64,000 nt of DNA, from NCBI GenBank assembly GCA_030704615.1, contig CM060734.1:60512001-60576000 (forward strand), written 5' to 3'. The first letter of the stretch is position 1; each line of letters starts with the position of its first letter. A program made the translations under genes and the position numbers. The stretch is from Takakia lepidozioides. Its lineage: Eukaryota; Plantae; Bryophyta. Positions 62,905 to 64,000 of this stretch are shown piece after piece. The notes under the pieces are model-generated. The model was not told the DNA's origin. It saw only the letters and a list, made by a program, of their open reading frames with translations, and searched no databases.

Positions 62905-63666
62905 ATGGTTGGAACAGTCGAAAGTGACAAAAGTCAACGCCAGCGTCAAACTAAATCGTCGAAATTACATAGGGTGTGTTGTAGTGTGCGGAGTATGATG
63001 CTTGGGAGCACATATTACCGAGTGGGTGACCTAATCGTGGTCAAGCCTGATGCAGATGGTGTGGACCATACATGGTCGTGGAAAGCTAAGATTATTAGAT
63101 TCTTCATCCATGAGTTCCAAGGTAACATGGGAGTCTTCTTTGAGGCTAACTATTTTCAGCAGAGAATGACAATCGATGATCCCACTGCAGCATTAGTTCA
63201 TGACATTAGTGGTATGCAGGTGTTGAATGCTATACCCAATGAAGTAGCCGTGAGACCTGCTTATCAGTTACTGCACAAGTTCATGGCATTCCCCGTGTAT
63301 TCTGACGTACAGTTGAGGCGTGGACAATTCATGGTGGCGTACGAACTGGAAGATGTGGCAGTTAGAGAACATTTGTTGCAAGCTGGAGAACCAGGGTGTC
63401 CACCTCCATTTCCTGAGGTCAATGACATTGTGATTATGAAGCCTACAAACTGGGTTGTAGGGGATGCAATGGTCCACGTTGTGATCCGATTTGTCATACC
63501 CAAAAGACTGCCGCTCCTACAAAGGGAATCACACGCCATGAGATCATCCGGCGTGACCGAAAATGATGATTTCGTGCTGTGGTGGTCAAACTGTTGCATA
63601 CTCTTGGACCCAACAAGTTTAGGGCAACCTCAACAATGGAGACTTGCTCTTGGCACAGGCTCGTGA
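62905..63666 (+). CDS. ORF with a BAH-like N-terminal domain, probably transposon-associated
   Basis: GSTYYRVGDLIVVKP......W.WKAKIIRFF........FFEANYF fits the BAH beta-strand pattern. Confidence 0.4.
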   Translation: MVGTVESDKSQRQRQTKSSKLHRVCCSVRSMMLGSTYYRVGDLIVVKPDADGVDHTWSWKAKIIRFFIHEFQGNMGVFFEANYFQQRMTIDDPTAALVHDISGMQVLNAIPNEVAVRPAYQLLHKFMAFPVYSDVQLRRGQFMVAYELEDVAVREHLLQAGEPGCPPPFPEVNDIVIMKPTNWVVGDAMVHVVIRFVIPKRLPLLQRESHAMRSSGVTENDDFVLWWSNCCILLDPTSLGQPQQWRLALGTGS

Positions 63667-64000
63667 AGAGAGTGGGGACGATAGCCCCAAACACACCAGC
63701 CTAGTGACACAAACAAAGGTGCCTTGCCATCTGGCCTGCTCAGTGCCTGCACCCTTAATCCAGTCACCCACGTCCCCCACACCTTTCAAAAGGAACTTGC
63801 ATGGCATGTTTGTTGTGGCAGGTTTGTTAAATCCATTCTGTGGGTAATTATTAACCTGAGTGTGCTTGGATGTTTCTGTTGCAGCTCCTCCAAGGGGTGG
63901 AGACAAGGTCAAGGGCTCTCTGTCTTTTCATTTAGGCTATGGTGGTGCAGGCTATGGAAGCAGCGGAGGCTATGGTGCAGCTAGCCATGAACAGAGGATA

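Overview
Eukaryotic nuclear DNA with spliceosomal introns, most consistent with a seed-free land plant rich in RNA-editing PPR genes (bryophyte or lycophyte; inference). Host genes: (1) a family of PLS-class PPR genes, the most complete of which (+, ~2976-8218) fuses four tandem OSB-type PDF ssDNA-binding motifs to a PLS-E-DYW cytidine deaminase, plus two degenerate paralogues, one split across a ~30 kb insert; (2) an intronless MAPKKK; (3) a divergent five-exon SmF-like gene; (4) a nepenthesin-like aspartic protease. Mobile DNA: two tandem, decayed copies of a Mutator-like (MULE) element whose head-to-head partner gene encodes a ParB/Srx-like domain and, in copy 1, a beta-class amino-DNA-methyltransferase-like domain, each copy with its own array of short palindromes; a young full-length 13.2 kb Ty3/Gypsy element (TSD GCCTG, tRNA-Arg-like PBS) with extra ORFs on both sides of gag-pol; a deleted relative of it; a Copia 5' fragment; FCP1-like and BAH-like ORFs; MITEs and tandem repeats. 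Many frameshifts in otherwise intact genes sit in homopolymer runs, so some are probably assembly errors. All domain calls are from manual motif recognition; no searches were run.
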